Shown: one piece after another, positions 12,225 to 22,635 of the stretch
Layout of the letters: each line of letters begins with the position of its first letter
How positions within the stretch are numbered: the first letter of the stretch is position 1
Assembly (NCBI RefSeq): GCF_000006765.1
Contig: NC_002516.2
Source: Pseudomonas aeruginosa PAO1
GTDB lineage: Bacteria; Pseudomonadota; Gammaproteobacteria; Pseudomonadales; Pseudomonadaceae
DNA: 64,000 bases
Strand: one strand, 5' to 3'
Notes under the pieces: generated by a model
Databases searched by the model: none
Told to the model about the DNA's origin: nothing
The model's input: only the letters and a program-made list of their open reading frames with translations
Program-made: the position numbers and the translations under genes

Positions 12225-14339
12225 CTACCGCCCCTCATCTCCGGACAGATCCTGAGCGACAATGCCGCGAACCTTGGCCGAGGTGATCGAACCTTCGATC
12301 TTTCCAGCGACTGCCAAATTCTCCAGGATCAAGGCGTCCTCAAAGGTTCGCGGAATGATGAGGTCGCTGTCTTCGGAAGCACCCTTCACGTTGACTGGCT
12401 TTTGATAGGCGACATACAGCTCATAGTCGCCGCCAGCCGTTGAAATGTGTCCATCGGGCGGTAGCGCGACGAGTTCATCAATAAGCTTTTTCCCGGGGTG
12501 CCAATCTTTGAGAACTGAGTTTGCGGTTTGCTGAGCTTTGCCCTGCTCGGGGCGAGCCGACTTCCAACGAGTTGTTTCTCGCATATTTTTATCGATAATC
12601 TTAACCGCCGTTGTGGCATCCAGATCGCCAATGATCAGCGTCGCGATGCCGAGCGCGTCGACTAAATTGCGGAAGCTGTGCACGTGACTTCCGCCGAGTT
12701 CGAGCAACGTAACGTAGCGCCGCGACAGCTCTGGAAAATGATGGCGGATGAAGTGAGGCACCAGGATGCGCTCCGCCTGTCCCTCGACGAAGATGACGCC
12801 GTCTGCGAAGAAGAGATCGCAGTGGGTCGCCTTGAGGTAGCGTTTCACGAAGCGCTTTGTCTCGTCCCCATCACCGAAGATGTAGGACAGATTGGCCACC
12901 GTAGTGGTCGGCGTCTCCCCCATGCTGGCCGCCGGCCGGCGCCGAAAATAGCGTAAATTGGCGAAGTCAGCTTCGTGCGCGACGTGACTCGAGTGCGTAC
13001 TGACGATCAGTTGAGTGCAATAGTTTTCCGCGACACCCAGATCGGCGTGCTTTCGGAGTAGTGTATAGGCCTTGTTAATGAAGACCTGCTGGACCTGTGC
13101 ATGAAGATGGGCTTCGGGTTCCTCTACTAGCACGAGGTGCAGTGGCTGTATCTCGTGTGACACGTCGGCCCCCTCGAGAATGCCGGCTTTCTCTACGCGC
13201 ATCCACTCGTCGCGGAAGCCCATCAACATGAACACCATGGCAATCAGGTTCTGATACCCGAGCCCCGAATAGTCCTCTGGTAGTTGGAGGGTGTTGCTGC
13301 CGTCCCCTGAAGGGTCTGCAACCTGGTACTGCACGGACGATCCATGCTTGAGCCCATCCGTTCCCCGAAGAAGGGTCGAGATCTTGAGCTTGGGATTACT
13401 CATGCCTGGATAACCCAGATCCTCTAGCTCTTGAAAGGCAGCGGAAAAGCCTTCCTCAAGTCGCGCGTCAAAACTGCGCTCAGCCGCTTGAATTGCTCCG
13501 AGCGCTTCATAGTCCTTGTCCGATGGCGTCTTCGTCGGGTCGAGATGGCGATCATAATAGGAGCGTAACTGGTCTGAGAGGCGACGTTTGAACCGACGAT
13601 TGTTCGCCTCCCCCTTGTCTTCACCGCCGTCACTGCTGCTAGCGTCGGCGAAGTCGCGCTGCGCGGCGATTTCGTCAATCTTGATGAGTTTTTTGAATGG
13701 TGGATGCTCGAACGCAAGTGCGCTGGCGGGGAGCCTTTGCGGCGTCGCGAGGCCGCTTCTTCCCGGCGGAACAACAGCAGCCGGGTCAAGGGGATAGGCT
13801 AGGAGTTCAAGATGTGCTCGCAGCCGACGCTCCAGAAAGTCTGTAAGGTTGCGTGGCCAGACTGCAATCTTGATCGACTCACCGTTCGGCCCAACGATAG
13901 CCGCGTCCCGCGCCGCAGTTCGTTGCGCGATATATTCGCTCTTGAGTTTGTCGAGATTTTTTATTCGAAACGCTAGTCGAACCCCCAGCAGCCCGCCGGA
14001 CCAATCTAACGTTGGTAGGATATCGACGACGTGCTGGATCTCGCGGAGCGGAACGTCAAGCCAGACATCCAGCGAGGGAAGCAGCGAATCCAGATCGACG
14101 GTGGGCTCCGCACCGGCTTCCCACTCGCTCCCCAGTAGATCAATCTTGGTCCAATTTGCAATTGTGACGTCGCGAAGATTCAAGCGCGTAGGTGATAGTA
14201 GGAAGATGCGCAGCGCCAGCATTGCAGAGGTCTTTCCGCTGTTGTTGGCACCGACCAGAATCGTCGTGTTTTTATCTAAATCGAGATGGGTAGACTTCAG
14301 CTTTCGGAAATTGGAAATCTCCACAAACTTGATTCGCAT
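12225..14339 (-). CDS. gajA: OLD-family ATP-dependent TOPRIM nuclease, Gabija GajA (possibly C-terminally truncated)
   Basis: Walker A GANNSGKT, Walker B/D-loop VEEPEAHLH, H-loop STHSSH, TOPRIM VIFVEGQAE and GDLD, TFEDAL; GGAGGT RBS; directly upstream of the UvrD-like gene. Confidence 0.85.
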   Translation of the reverse strand: MRIKFVEISNFRKLKSTHLDLDKNTTILVGANNSGKTSAMLALRIFLLSPTRLNLRDVTIANWTKIDLLGSEWEAGAEPTVDLDSLLPSLDVWLDVPLREIQHVVDILPTLDWSGGLLGVRLAFRIKNLDKLKSEYIAQRTAARDAAIVGPNGESIKIAVWPRNLTDFLERRLRAHLELLAYPLDPAAVVPPGRSGLATPQRLPASALAFEHPPFKKLIKIDEIAAQRDFADASSSDGGEDKGEANNRRFKRRLSDQLRSYYDRHLDPTKTPSDKDYEALGAIQAAERSFDARLEEGFSAAFQELEDLGYPGMSNPKLKISTLLRGTDGLKHGSSVQYQVADPSGDGSNTLQLPEDYSGLGYQNLIAMVFMLMGFRDEWMRVEKAGILEGADVSHEIQPLHLVLVEEPEAHLHAQVQQVFINKAYTLLRKHADLGVAENYCTQLIVSTHSSHVAHEADFANLRYFRRRPAASMGETPTTTVANLSYIFGDGDETKRFVKRYLKATHCDLFFADGVIFVEGQAERILVPHFIRHHFPELSRRYVTLLELGGSHVHSFRNLVDALGIATLIIGDLDATTAVKIIDKNMRETTRWKSARPEQGKAQQTANSVLKDWHPGKKLIDELVALPPDGHISTAGGDYELYVAYQKPVNVKGASEDSDLIIPRTFEDALILENLAVAGKIEGSITSAKVRGIVAQDLSGDEGR

Positions 14340-14578
14340 AGCACCTCCCGTGTGCCTGAGCTTTCTCGCAGACGAGCGCAGCGTTTAGTTGTAATGCCTC
14401 ATCTCTTTTATTCATTGCCAAATTAGTTGCGACGAGAATAATGCCTTCAAGTACTGCGTTTCCAGGCCTTCCGACAGCAAACGCTAGAGCTTGGCATCAG
14501 GGGTATCTAATGTCGGCTTATGGCCGATTCTGGCCATTCCCGATCAGCGTAACACCAAGCACTCCTCCCCCTAAACCT

Positions 14579-15718
14579 TCACCCATTCCTCCCTAACCTA
14601 TACCCACTGACCGCCTCGTAAACCGCCTTCCGCAACCGGTTGATCCCGCCGATCGGCCGATGCTCCGGCAGCGCGTGCCAGGGGTTGAACGAAAGGTTGT
14701 CACAGAACAGGTTCTGTTCCCGGCTATCAAAATCCTGAGCTGGCACAATGATGTCGGCTATGGTAGCGAAGGGCGCGTCCGACTCCTTCCATTCGACGCT
14801 GGTGTCTTCGATGGGCATGTACTTGGCCGGGTCCTGGCGCTGCACCTGGAAGGCGTAGCAGGCGGGGGTGCGGTCGATGGAGAGTTGCTGGTACAGGGCG
14901 GCGCGGAGGAAGTTGGGCAGGTCCTGGTTCTGCTTCGGTAGCTGGTAGGCCGGGCATTTCTCCGGGGCGGGGACGACGCGGAACTTGATGTTGTGTTCGC
15001 CCAGCTTGTACGGCGAGATGCCGTTGTAGCCGGCGTGCAGCGGGCTGTCCGGGGCGGGGGCGAGGGTGCGCAGGGCGATCAGCAGGTGGCGCAGTTCCCA
15101 GCTGGCGGGGTTCCAGTTGGGGAAGAAGGCCAGGGCTTTCTTGCCGTCGGCCTGGGCGGCGAAGTTTTGCCGGTATTCGGCGATGTCGCGGATGAAGAAC
15201 ACCGGCTGGTTGAACATGACGAAGTCCTGCTCGCCGTCATGGCCGCGGCCGGGCAGGAGTTTTTCGCCGGGCACGTCGAGCAGCTTGATGGCCATGCCGC
15301 GCGCGTCGTTCTTGCTGTCGAACTGCGGGTAGGCGTTGCCGTTGGAGAAGCGCACCCAGGCGTTCCAGCTTTTGCCCGGTTCGGCGAACACGCCGCGACG
15401 CAGGGTCGGGTCGAGGTCGGCGCGTACCTTGAACTCGGCCTTCACGCAGCCGTGGGCCTTGGCGTGGGCATCGCGCAGGACGCGGGTGTTGTCGCGGTGC
15501 TGTTCGACCACGCGGATGGCGTCCTGGATGATCGCCTGGGTGATGCGGGCTTCGTCCGGGGCGATCTGCTCTTCCGCGGACACCGGGCCGGAGAATTTCC
15601 AGGCGTAGTAGAGGCTGCCGATGGCCCAGCCGCCGAGGCCGACGGCCAGCAGCAGGAGGAGCAGGCGGCCGAGCCATTTGCCGAGGAACAGCCAGGCGTG
15701 GGTGAGGGGTGCGCGCAT
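14579..15718 (-). CDS. Catalase-related heme protein with N-terminal membrane anchor
   Basis: RDAHAKAHG (distal His), VRFSNG, RGMAIK, DFVMFN and C-terminal RPIGGINRLRKAVY (proximal Tyr); start placed at MRAPLT. Confidence 0.82.
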   Translation of the reverse strand: MRAPLTHAWLFLGKWLGRLLLLLLAVGLGGWAIGSLYYAWKFSGPVSAEEQIAPDEARITQAIIQDAIRVVEQHRDNTRVLRDAHAKAHGCVKAEFKVRADLDPTLRRGVFAEPGKSWNAWVRFSNGNAYPQFDSKNDARGMAIKLLDVPGEKLLPGRGHDGEQDFVMFNQPVFFIRDIAEYRQNFAAQADGKKALAFFPNWNPASWELRHLLIALRTLAPAPDSPLHAGYNGISPYKLGEHNIKFRVVPAPEKCPAYQLPKQNQDLPNFLRAALYQQLSIDRTPACYAFQVQRQDPAKYMPIEDTSVEWKESDAPFATIADIIVPAQDFDSREQNLFCDNLSFNPWHALPEHRPIGGINRLRKAVYEAVSGYRLGRNG

Positions 15719-15896
15719 GGAGTGGGTGTCCTTGGTGGTGTGCGTTGGCTGTGGGCTTTTATTCTTCTTGGGCGGGGAGTGCGCCACGATTGCTTCTCCC
15801 CGTCCTCTGGCTAGGCGTCCCCCCTGAAGGGAGAGGGGCTGCTAGGGGTGGAGAGGGGCGGCGGCGCCATGCCTCGCGCTTCTCCATTTCCCAGGT

Positions 15897-17792
15897 TCAG
15901 CGTTGCGCGGTCCGTTGCTCCGGCGCCGGGCATTTCGGGCCGGGCGTCCAGGGTGGGGTCTGGGCCGGGACCAGGCGGCGCTCGAATTCGGGGTTGCCGA
16001 GCACCTTCAGGTATTCCACCAGCGCCCAGCGTTCTTCCGGGCTGAGGGCGCGGCCGATCACGCCGTTCTGCCGGCAGCCGTCGCGGAATTCGTGGCCGCT
16101 GTTGCGGTTGCCGGTGAGACGGGTGTCGAGGAGGAAGCCGCCGGGGAATTTCTCGGTGCGGAATCCAACGAATTTCGGATCGAATTCGAAGGTGCCGACG
16201 TAGAACTGCGGCGAGCGTTCGGCGGCCGGGGAGAGCAGTTGGAACAGGTTGGGCACCGAGCCGTTGTGCAGGAACGGCGGAGTCGCCCAGACGCCGTCCA
16301 GCGGGCGGGCCTTGTAGGCGCGCAGTTCCTGTACGCCGATCGGCAGGTCGAAGCCGTTCATGGTCTTTTGCTGTTCCGGCGGGATGCCGGCGTCCCGGTA
16401 GGCGCGCTGCTCGACGAAGGCGGTGATGTAGGCCAGGCCCTTGGCCGAGGACAGTTGCGAGAGGTCGAGTTGCTGCGGATCGGCGCCGATCAGCTGGACG
16501 TTCATCCGCGCCAGTTCGTCGACGCTCCAGCCGAGCTTGCGCAGGTCGTAGCGGTGGTCGGCGATGTTGTCGGCGGTGGTCGGATCGGTGCCGATCACCT
16601 CGGTCGGCACCATGTGCATGCGCCACTCGGGATTGCGTCCGGGGGCGGCGTATTCCGCCGGTTGCACCTTGGGTGCATGGCAGAAGGCGCAGTTGGCTTC
16701 GAACAGGGCGCGGCCCTGGGAGGCGCGTTGCAGGTCGATGCGGCCGAAGAGGTCTTCCGGCCAGGTCGGCGGTTTCAGTTGTTGCAGGGTTTCTTCCAGG
16801 GCGTGCAGGTCGTGGAGGCGTACGCTGGAGGCGTAGCGCTGCTCGCCCCGCAGCGGCTGGCCGTGCTCGTCGAAGATCTGCAGGCGCGCGCCGACGCCGA
16901 GGGCCTCGCCGATATTGCGCGCCATCGGCTGCATGGCCGAGCCGTTCCATTGCACCCAGTCGAATTTCCAGATGTCCCAGACCTGCGGATAGCTCACCGG
17001 GGCGTTGGCGACGCGGTAGTTGCTCGGGTCGATGGCATCGCCGAAGACGCTGTTGGCGATGCGCCCGAAGGCGTCGGTGCGGCCGGGGCCTTCCTCGGTG
17101 GGGTAGAGGTGGCGGCGGGTGTCGTTCCAGGCGGTGCGCAGGAGGGTGTCGAGGACGGCCTTGAAGTCGGCGCGCAGTTGCGACTTGTCCTGTTCGTAGC
17201 GTTCGCCGAGGACTTTCCTGGCGAAGCGGTTGAACTTGAACGGGTTGTAGTAGGTGGCGGCCATGCTCGCGCCGAGCGCCTGGCCGAAGGCGCCGCCGCG
17301 CAGGGTCGGCACGGTGGCGGCGATGGAGTGCATGGCGGCGCCGCCGTCGATGCGCAGCGACTTGCCCTGGTAGCGCAGTTCGCCGGTGTGGCAGGCGGCG
17401 CAGGTGATGTCCAGGTAGCGGGTGCCGGTCTTCTCGTCGCGGTGCTGGCTGAAGCCCACCGGCAGGTTGCCGGGGTTGAGGTCGCTGGCCTTCTGCTGCG
17501 GATCGACGAGGAAGCCGAAGCGGGCGAGGTATTCGGGGGCGGCGAAGGGTTCTTCGGAGAAGGGCAGTTCGAGGGCGGTGAACCAGTCGTAGTGCAGGCC
17601 TTTCACCAGGGTACCCTGGGGCGTGTAGTAGAAGCGCTGGCGGGCCTCGTCCTGCCATTGCGGCAGGTAGCGTACCTCGCTCGGCGCCTGGTAGTGGGGG
17701 AGGTTGGGATTGGCGACGTAGTAGACCACCACCCCGACGACCGCCAGCACGATCACGCCGACAACCAGCAGAGCCTTTTTCACGGTGCGCAT
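15897..17792 (-). CDS. Diheme c-type protein of the RoxA/cytochrome c peroxidase-like superfamily
   Basis: Two CxxCH motifs (CAACH, CAFCH), YKARPLDGVWATPPFLHNGSVP motif, N-terminal hydrophobic anchor. Confidence 0.85.
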   Translation of the reverse strand: MRTVKKALLVVGVIVLAVVGVVVYYVANPNLPHYQAPSEVRYLPQWQDEARQRFYYTPQGTLVKGLHYDWFTALELPFSEEPFAAPEYLARFGFLVDPQQKASDLNPGNLPVGFSQHRDEKTGTRYLDITCAACHTGELRYQGKSLRIDGGAAMHSIAATVPTLRGGAFGQALGASMAATYYNPFKFNRFARKVLGERYEQDKSQLRADFKAVLDTLLRTAWNDTRRHLYPTEEGPGRTDAFGRIANSVFGDAIDPSNYRVANAPVSYPQVWDIWKFDWVQWNGSAMQPMARNIGEALGVGARLQIFDEHGQPLRGEQRYASSVRLHDLHALEETLQQLKPPTWPEDLFGRIDLQRASQGRALFEANCAFCHAPKVQPAEYAAPGRNPEWRMHMVPTEVIGTDPTTADNIADHRYDLRKLGWSVDELARMNVQLIGADPQQLDLSQLSSAKGLAYITAFVEQRAYRDAGIPPEQQKTMNGFDLPIGVQELRAYKARPLDGVWATPPFLHNGSVPNLFQLLSPAAERSPQFYVGTFEFDPKFVGFRTEKFPGGFLLDTRLTGNRNSGHEFRDGCRQNGVIGRALSPEERWALVEYLKVLGNPEFERRLVPAQTPPWTPGPKCPAPEQRTAQR

Positions 17793-18020
17793 CAGGAACG
17801 TCCTTGTAGGCCTTTTTTGGGCACCGTTATGCCAAGGCGTTGGCATATTGGCAAGCTGCTATCAGCTTTTTTGACAAGGTTTTCTTGACAGCGAACGGGT
17901 GAAACGTTTGCGCAGGCCTCGCCTGGCGATGTTGACGACGAAAGCTCGGTATTTCACCGGAGAAAGGCGGGACGCCGGAGCGTCTTGGAACGGCAGGGCG
18001 AGGCGCCAGCGGCCTGCCGG

Positions 18021-18107
18021 TCAGAGACCGGAGAAGGCCAGCCAGGCGATGATTGCGGCGTAGAGCATCCAGGTGGGATCGGTACGGCGGTCGAGCAGGG
18101 CTTTCAT
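18021..18107 (-). CDS. Putative 28-aa small membrane peptide (not in the ORF track)
   Basis: MKALLDRRTDPTWMLYAAIIAWLAFSGL; GGAGGT RBS; ATGA overlap with the upstream ORF stop. Confidence 0.6.
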   Translation of the reverse strand: MKALLDRRTDPTWMLYAAIIAWLAFSGL

Positions 18108-18238
18108 TTCTTCACCTCCGCGCTCCAGAAGCCCTGGGCGTTGCGGAAGGGCTGGCGGGCCAGTTGTTCCAGGCGGGTGATGCCGTCGGCGCGCATGGCA
18201 TTGATCAGGGCCGAGAAGGATTTGGCGGAGTAGCTCAT
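18104..18238 (-). CDS. Small hypothetical protein (44 aa from the RBS-supported ATG)
   Basis: MSYSAKSFSALINAMRADGITRLEQLARQPFRNAQGFWSAEVKK; GGAG RBS; typical codon usage. Confidence 0.7.
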   Translation of the reverse strand: MSYSAKSFSALINAMRADGITRLEQLARQPFRNAQGFWSAEVKK

Positions 18239-18326
18239 GGTGTCGTCTCCAGTTCCGTTCTGGTTATTCGGGGATCTGGCGACTATGTAAACATCGGCGT
18301 TGGCGAATGAAAAATGGATAGTCTCA

Positions 18327-18350
18327 CTAGCCACTATCGATGGAATTGAT
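18327..18350 (-). promoter_or_regulatory. LysR-type (MexT-like) box upstream of the small-ORF pair
   Basis: ATCA-ATTCC-ATCGAT-AGTG-GCTAG versus the recalled consensus ATCA-N5-GTCGAT-N4-ACYAT; contains ATC-N9-GAT. Confidence 0.45.
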
Positions 18351-18395
18351 TGATAGGCGAGAACATCTCCCCGCCGCAGGGCGGGGCGATGCGGA

Positions 18396-19493
18396 TCATT
18401 CCGGGTTGAACAGGATCACCGCCGCGCGCAGCTTGCTGCGGCCGAAGCGGCTCATCTTGTCGAACTCGGCGTGGCTTACCGGGATGTGCTGGCAATCCAG
18501 CGGCTGGCGGTGCTGGCTGTGGTCGACGTCGGGATCGTGGAGGTAGACGAAGTCCTCGTCGTAGTGGGTGACCAGCACCCAGTGCGGGGCCTTGGAGCGG
18601 GTCAGGCGGTAGCTGCTGATCAGCACCAGCGGCTGGCCGCCCCTGGCCAGCTGGCGTGGGATGTCGAGCCTGGCCGAGCGCTTCTGCTCGACGCCCGAGG
18701 CGTCCAGTTCCTCGCAGAAGTCCTCGTGGACCAGGCGCATCACCGCCTTCTTGTCTTCGTTGCGTACGCCGTCGAGGAACAGCGGGCCGCCGGCGGACAG
18801 CACCAGCTTGACCCGGAAGCCGCGCCGCCAGGCGGCCAGCGCCAGGCCCTGGGGGCTACAGCCGCCGTGCCCGGCGGTCATGTAGATGGTGGTCGCCTCG
18901 CGCCACAGGCGCAGTTCCTCGCGGCGGGTCAACTGGCGCTCCGGTTGCAGCGCGCCCATGGCCATCAGCAGGCAGGCCGGGCCGCAGGTGAAATCGGTGG
19001 TCTGCCGGTAGAAGGGCACGTGGCGGCGCTGGTCGTGGCCGGGGTTGCGGATGCGTTTCTCGAAGCGCAGCGCTTCGCTGTGGTCCTCGTAGTAGTCGCG
19101 CACGGTGGCGAAGGGACGGTAGCCGTTGCGCTCGTAGAGGGCGATGGCGCCACGGTTGTCCGGGCGCACTTCCAGGCGCATGTAGGCGCGGTCGTTGTCC
19201 CGCGCGGCCTGCTCGGCGGCTTCCAGCAGCTTCTGGCCGAGGCCGATGCCGCGGGCGCGCGGGTCGATGGCGATGGAGTAGAGGCGGGCCAGCGAGGTGC
19301 CTTCGTGGAACAGCACCAGGGCGTAGCCGAGCACGCCGCCGTCGCCCTCGGCTACCGTCAGGCTGGCGTGGGCGCGGGTGAGCATCCACTGGAAGTTGCG
19401 GCGGGACAGGCGATCATAGTCGAAGCAGCGGTTTTCCAGCTCGACCAGGGCGGACAGGTCGTCCACACCGGCCGGGCGGAGGGTCAGGTTCAT
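18396..19493 (-). CDS. GNAT acetyltransferase fused to a C39-like peptidase domain
   Basis: N-terminal RimI-like GNAT (RARGIGLG, LEVRPDNRGAIALY); C-terminal QTTDFTCGPA, HWVLV and HDP (Gln/Cys/His/Asp). Confidence 0.85.
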   Translation of the reverse strand: MNLTLRPAGVDDLSALVELENRCFDYDRLSRRNFQWMLTRAHASLTVAEGDGGVLGYALVLFHEGTSLARLYSIAIDPRARGIGLGQKLLEAAEQAARDNDRAYMRLEVRPDNRGAIALYERNGYRPFATVRDYYEDHSEALRFEKRIRNPGHDQRRHVPFYRQTTDFTCGPACLLMAMGALQPERQLTRREELRLWREATTIYMTAGHGGCSPQGLALAAWRRGFRVKLVLSAGGPLFLDGVRNEDKKAVMRLVHEDFCEELDASGVEQKRSARLDIPRQLARGGQPLVLISSYRLTRSKAPHWVLVTHYDEDFVYLHDPDVDHSQHRQPLDCQHIPVSHAEFDKMSRFGRSKLRAAVILFNPE

Positions 19494-19683
19494 AGCGGTC
19501 TCCACGGCCGCGGGCGGGAACTTCCGCGCGGGCGTGCTGTAATGGGTGCTGTACGCTTCGGTTTGCTGGCAGGCGCCATAGAGCGGTTTCGCAAGGGATT
19601 CCCGCCGAGTATTGGCCGGGATGCGTGCGCCGGCAAGCCGGTTCCGAATGCGCCGTGGTTTCGCTGTCACCCCGGGAGGTGTC

Positions 19684-21171
19684 GTGAGCAAGCTGTTCAT
19701 CATCGTGGAACGCAAGGAAGACTGGACGTCCTATTACCCCAGCGAGGATGTGGTCACCGCCCAGGAATACCTGGAACTGCCCATCGACGACGACACTGGC
19801 AAGCGGGTCCAGGTGATCAACCTGTGCCGGCACTACAAGTACCTGCGCCATGGCTACTACTGCTCGCTGCTCGCCGAGGCGCGCGGGCACAAGGTGATCC
19901 CCTCGGTGCGGACGATCAGCGAGCTGGCCAGGAAGTCGCTGTACAGCCTGGTCCTGGAAGATCTGGATCGCACCCTGGACAAGGCCCTGGCCGCGCACCC
20001 CTACGGCAGCACCGATGGTTTCACCCTGACCCTGTATTTCGGCCGTACCGATATCGAGCCGCTGCAGGACCTGGCGCGACAACTGTTCGAGGCGTTTCCC
20101 TGCCCGTTGCTGCTGGTGGAGTTCAAGCGCAACCGCACCTGGCACATCGAGGGCATCAAGCCCGGCGCCATCCACAAGCTGCGCGAGGACCAGGAAGACC
20201 TCTTCGCCAACGCCCTGGACAGCTTCAGCCGGCAGATCTGGCGCAAGCCGCGTTCGCGCAAGCCGTTCCGCTACGACCTGGCGATCCTCCACGACCCCGG
20301 CGAGGCGTTCCCGCCCTCCGACGCCAAGGCGCTGAAGAACTTCGTGCGGGTCGGCCGCAGCCTCGGCATCGACGTCGACCTGATCGAGCGCAAGGACTAT
20401 TCGCGGATCGCCGAGTACGACGCGCTGTTCATCCGCGAGACCACCAATGTCGCCGATCACACCTACCGTTTCGCCAAGAAGGCCGAGAGCGAAGGGTTGG
20501 TGGTGATGGACGACCCGGTGTCGATCCTGCGCTGCACCAACAAGGTGTACCTGGCCGACCTGCTGCGCAGCCACAAGCTGGGCATGCCGGCCACCGAGAT
20601 TCTCTACAAGGAGAACCCGCAGGAACTGGAGAAGGTCGGCGAGCGCCTGGGCTTCCCGCTGGTGCTGAAGATTCCCGACGGCAGCTTCTCGCGCGGGGTG
20701 ATCAAGGTGGAGGACCAGGAGCAGTTGCTGGCGGCCAGCGCCGAGCTGTTCGAGCGCTCGGTGCTGATCCTTGCCCAGGAGTTCTTCTATACCGAGTACG
20801 ACTGGCGTATCGGCGTGCTCAACCGCAAGCCGATCTTCGCCTGCCAGTACTTCATGTCCAAGGGCCACTGGCAGATCTACGACCACAGCCCGGACGCCGA
20901 GGAGGTCAGCGGCGATTTCCGCACCATGCCCGTGCACGAGGCGCCGCGCAAGGTGGTGGAGCTGGCGGTGAAGACCGCCAATCTGATCGGCGACGGCCTC
21001 TACGGGGTGGACCTGAAGCAGGCCGGCGACAAGGTGGTGGTGATCGAGGTGAACGACAACCCGAACATCGACTGCGGGGTGGAAGATGTCTACCTCGGCG
21101 ACGACCTCTACAAGCTGGTCCTGGAGGAGTTCGTCCGGCGCCTGGAAGTCAAGCGTCGCGGCTACGACTGA
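19684..21171 (+). CDS. RimK-family ATP-grasp ligase with N-terminal RLAN-type domain
   Basis: GTG start with GGAGGT RBS; YYCSLLAEARGH; ATP-grasp motifs PLVLKIPDGSFSRGV, QEF, YGVDLKQ and IEVNDNPN. Confidence 0.87.
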   Translation: MSKLFIIVERKEDWTSYYPSEDVVTAQEYLELPIDDDTGKRVQVINLCRHYKYLRHGYYCSLLAEARGHKVIPSVRTISELARKSLYSLVLEDLDRTLDKALAAHPYGSTDGFTLTLYFGRTDIEPLQDLARQLFEAFPCPLLLVEFKRNRTWHIEGIKPGAIHKLREDQEDLFANALDSFSRQIWRKPRSRKPFRYDLAILHDPGEAFPPSDAKALKNFVRVGRSLGIDVDLIERKDYSRIAEYDALFIRETTNVADHTYRFAKKAESEGLVVMDDPVSILRCTNKVYLADLLRSHKLGMPATEILYKENPQELEKVGERLGFPLVLKIPDGSFSRGVIKVEDQEQLLAASAELFERSVLILAQEFFYTEYDWRIGVLNRKPIFACQYFMSKGHWQIYDHSPDAEEVSGDFRTMPVHEAPRKVVELAVKTANLIGDGLYGVDLKQAGDKVVVIEVNDNPNIDCGVEDVYLGDDLYKLVLEEFVRRLEVKRRGYD

Positions 21172-21306
21172 TAAGACGATTTCGGCATTGGCGATATAAA
21201 CAAAGATTCACTTTCGCGCGTCAAAAAATTGCTAGATTTTCCTTTCAGAGCGCCAACATGCCGTTTTTATGACGGTTCAAAGAATTGGCGCCGCAAAGGA
21301 GCACAC

Positions 21307-22635
<1,329 letters not shown>

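Noticed and set aside
17820-17836. Possible sigma54 promoter for the diheme gene (TGGCATAACGGTGC)
   Set aside because: GG-to-GC spacing is 9 rather than the required 10 nt.
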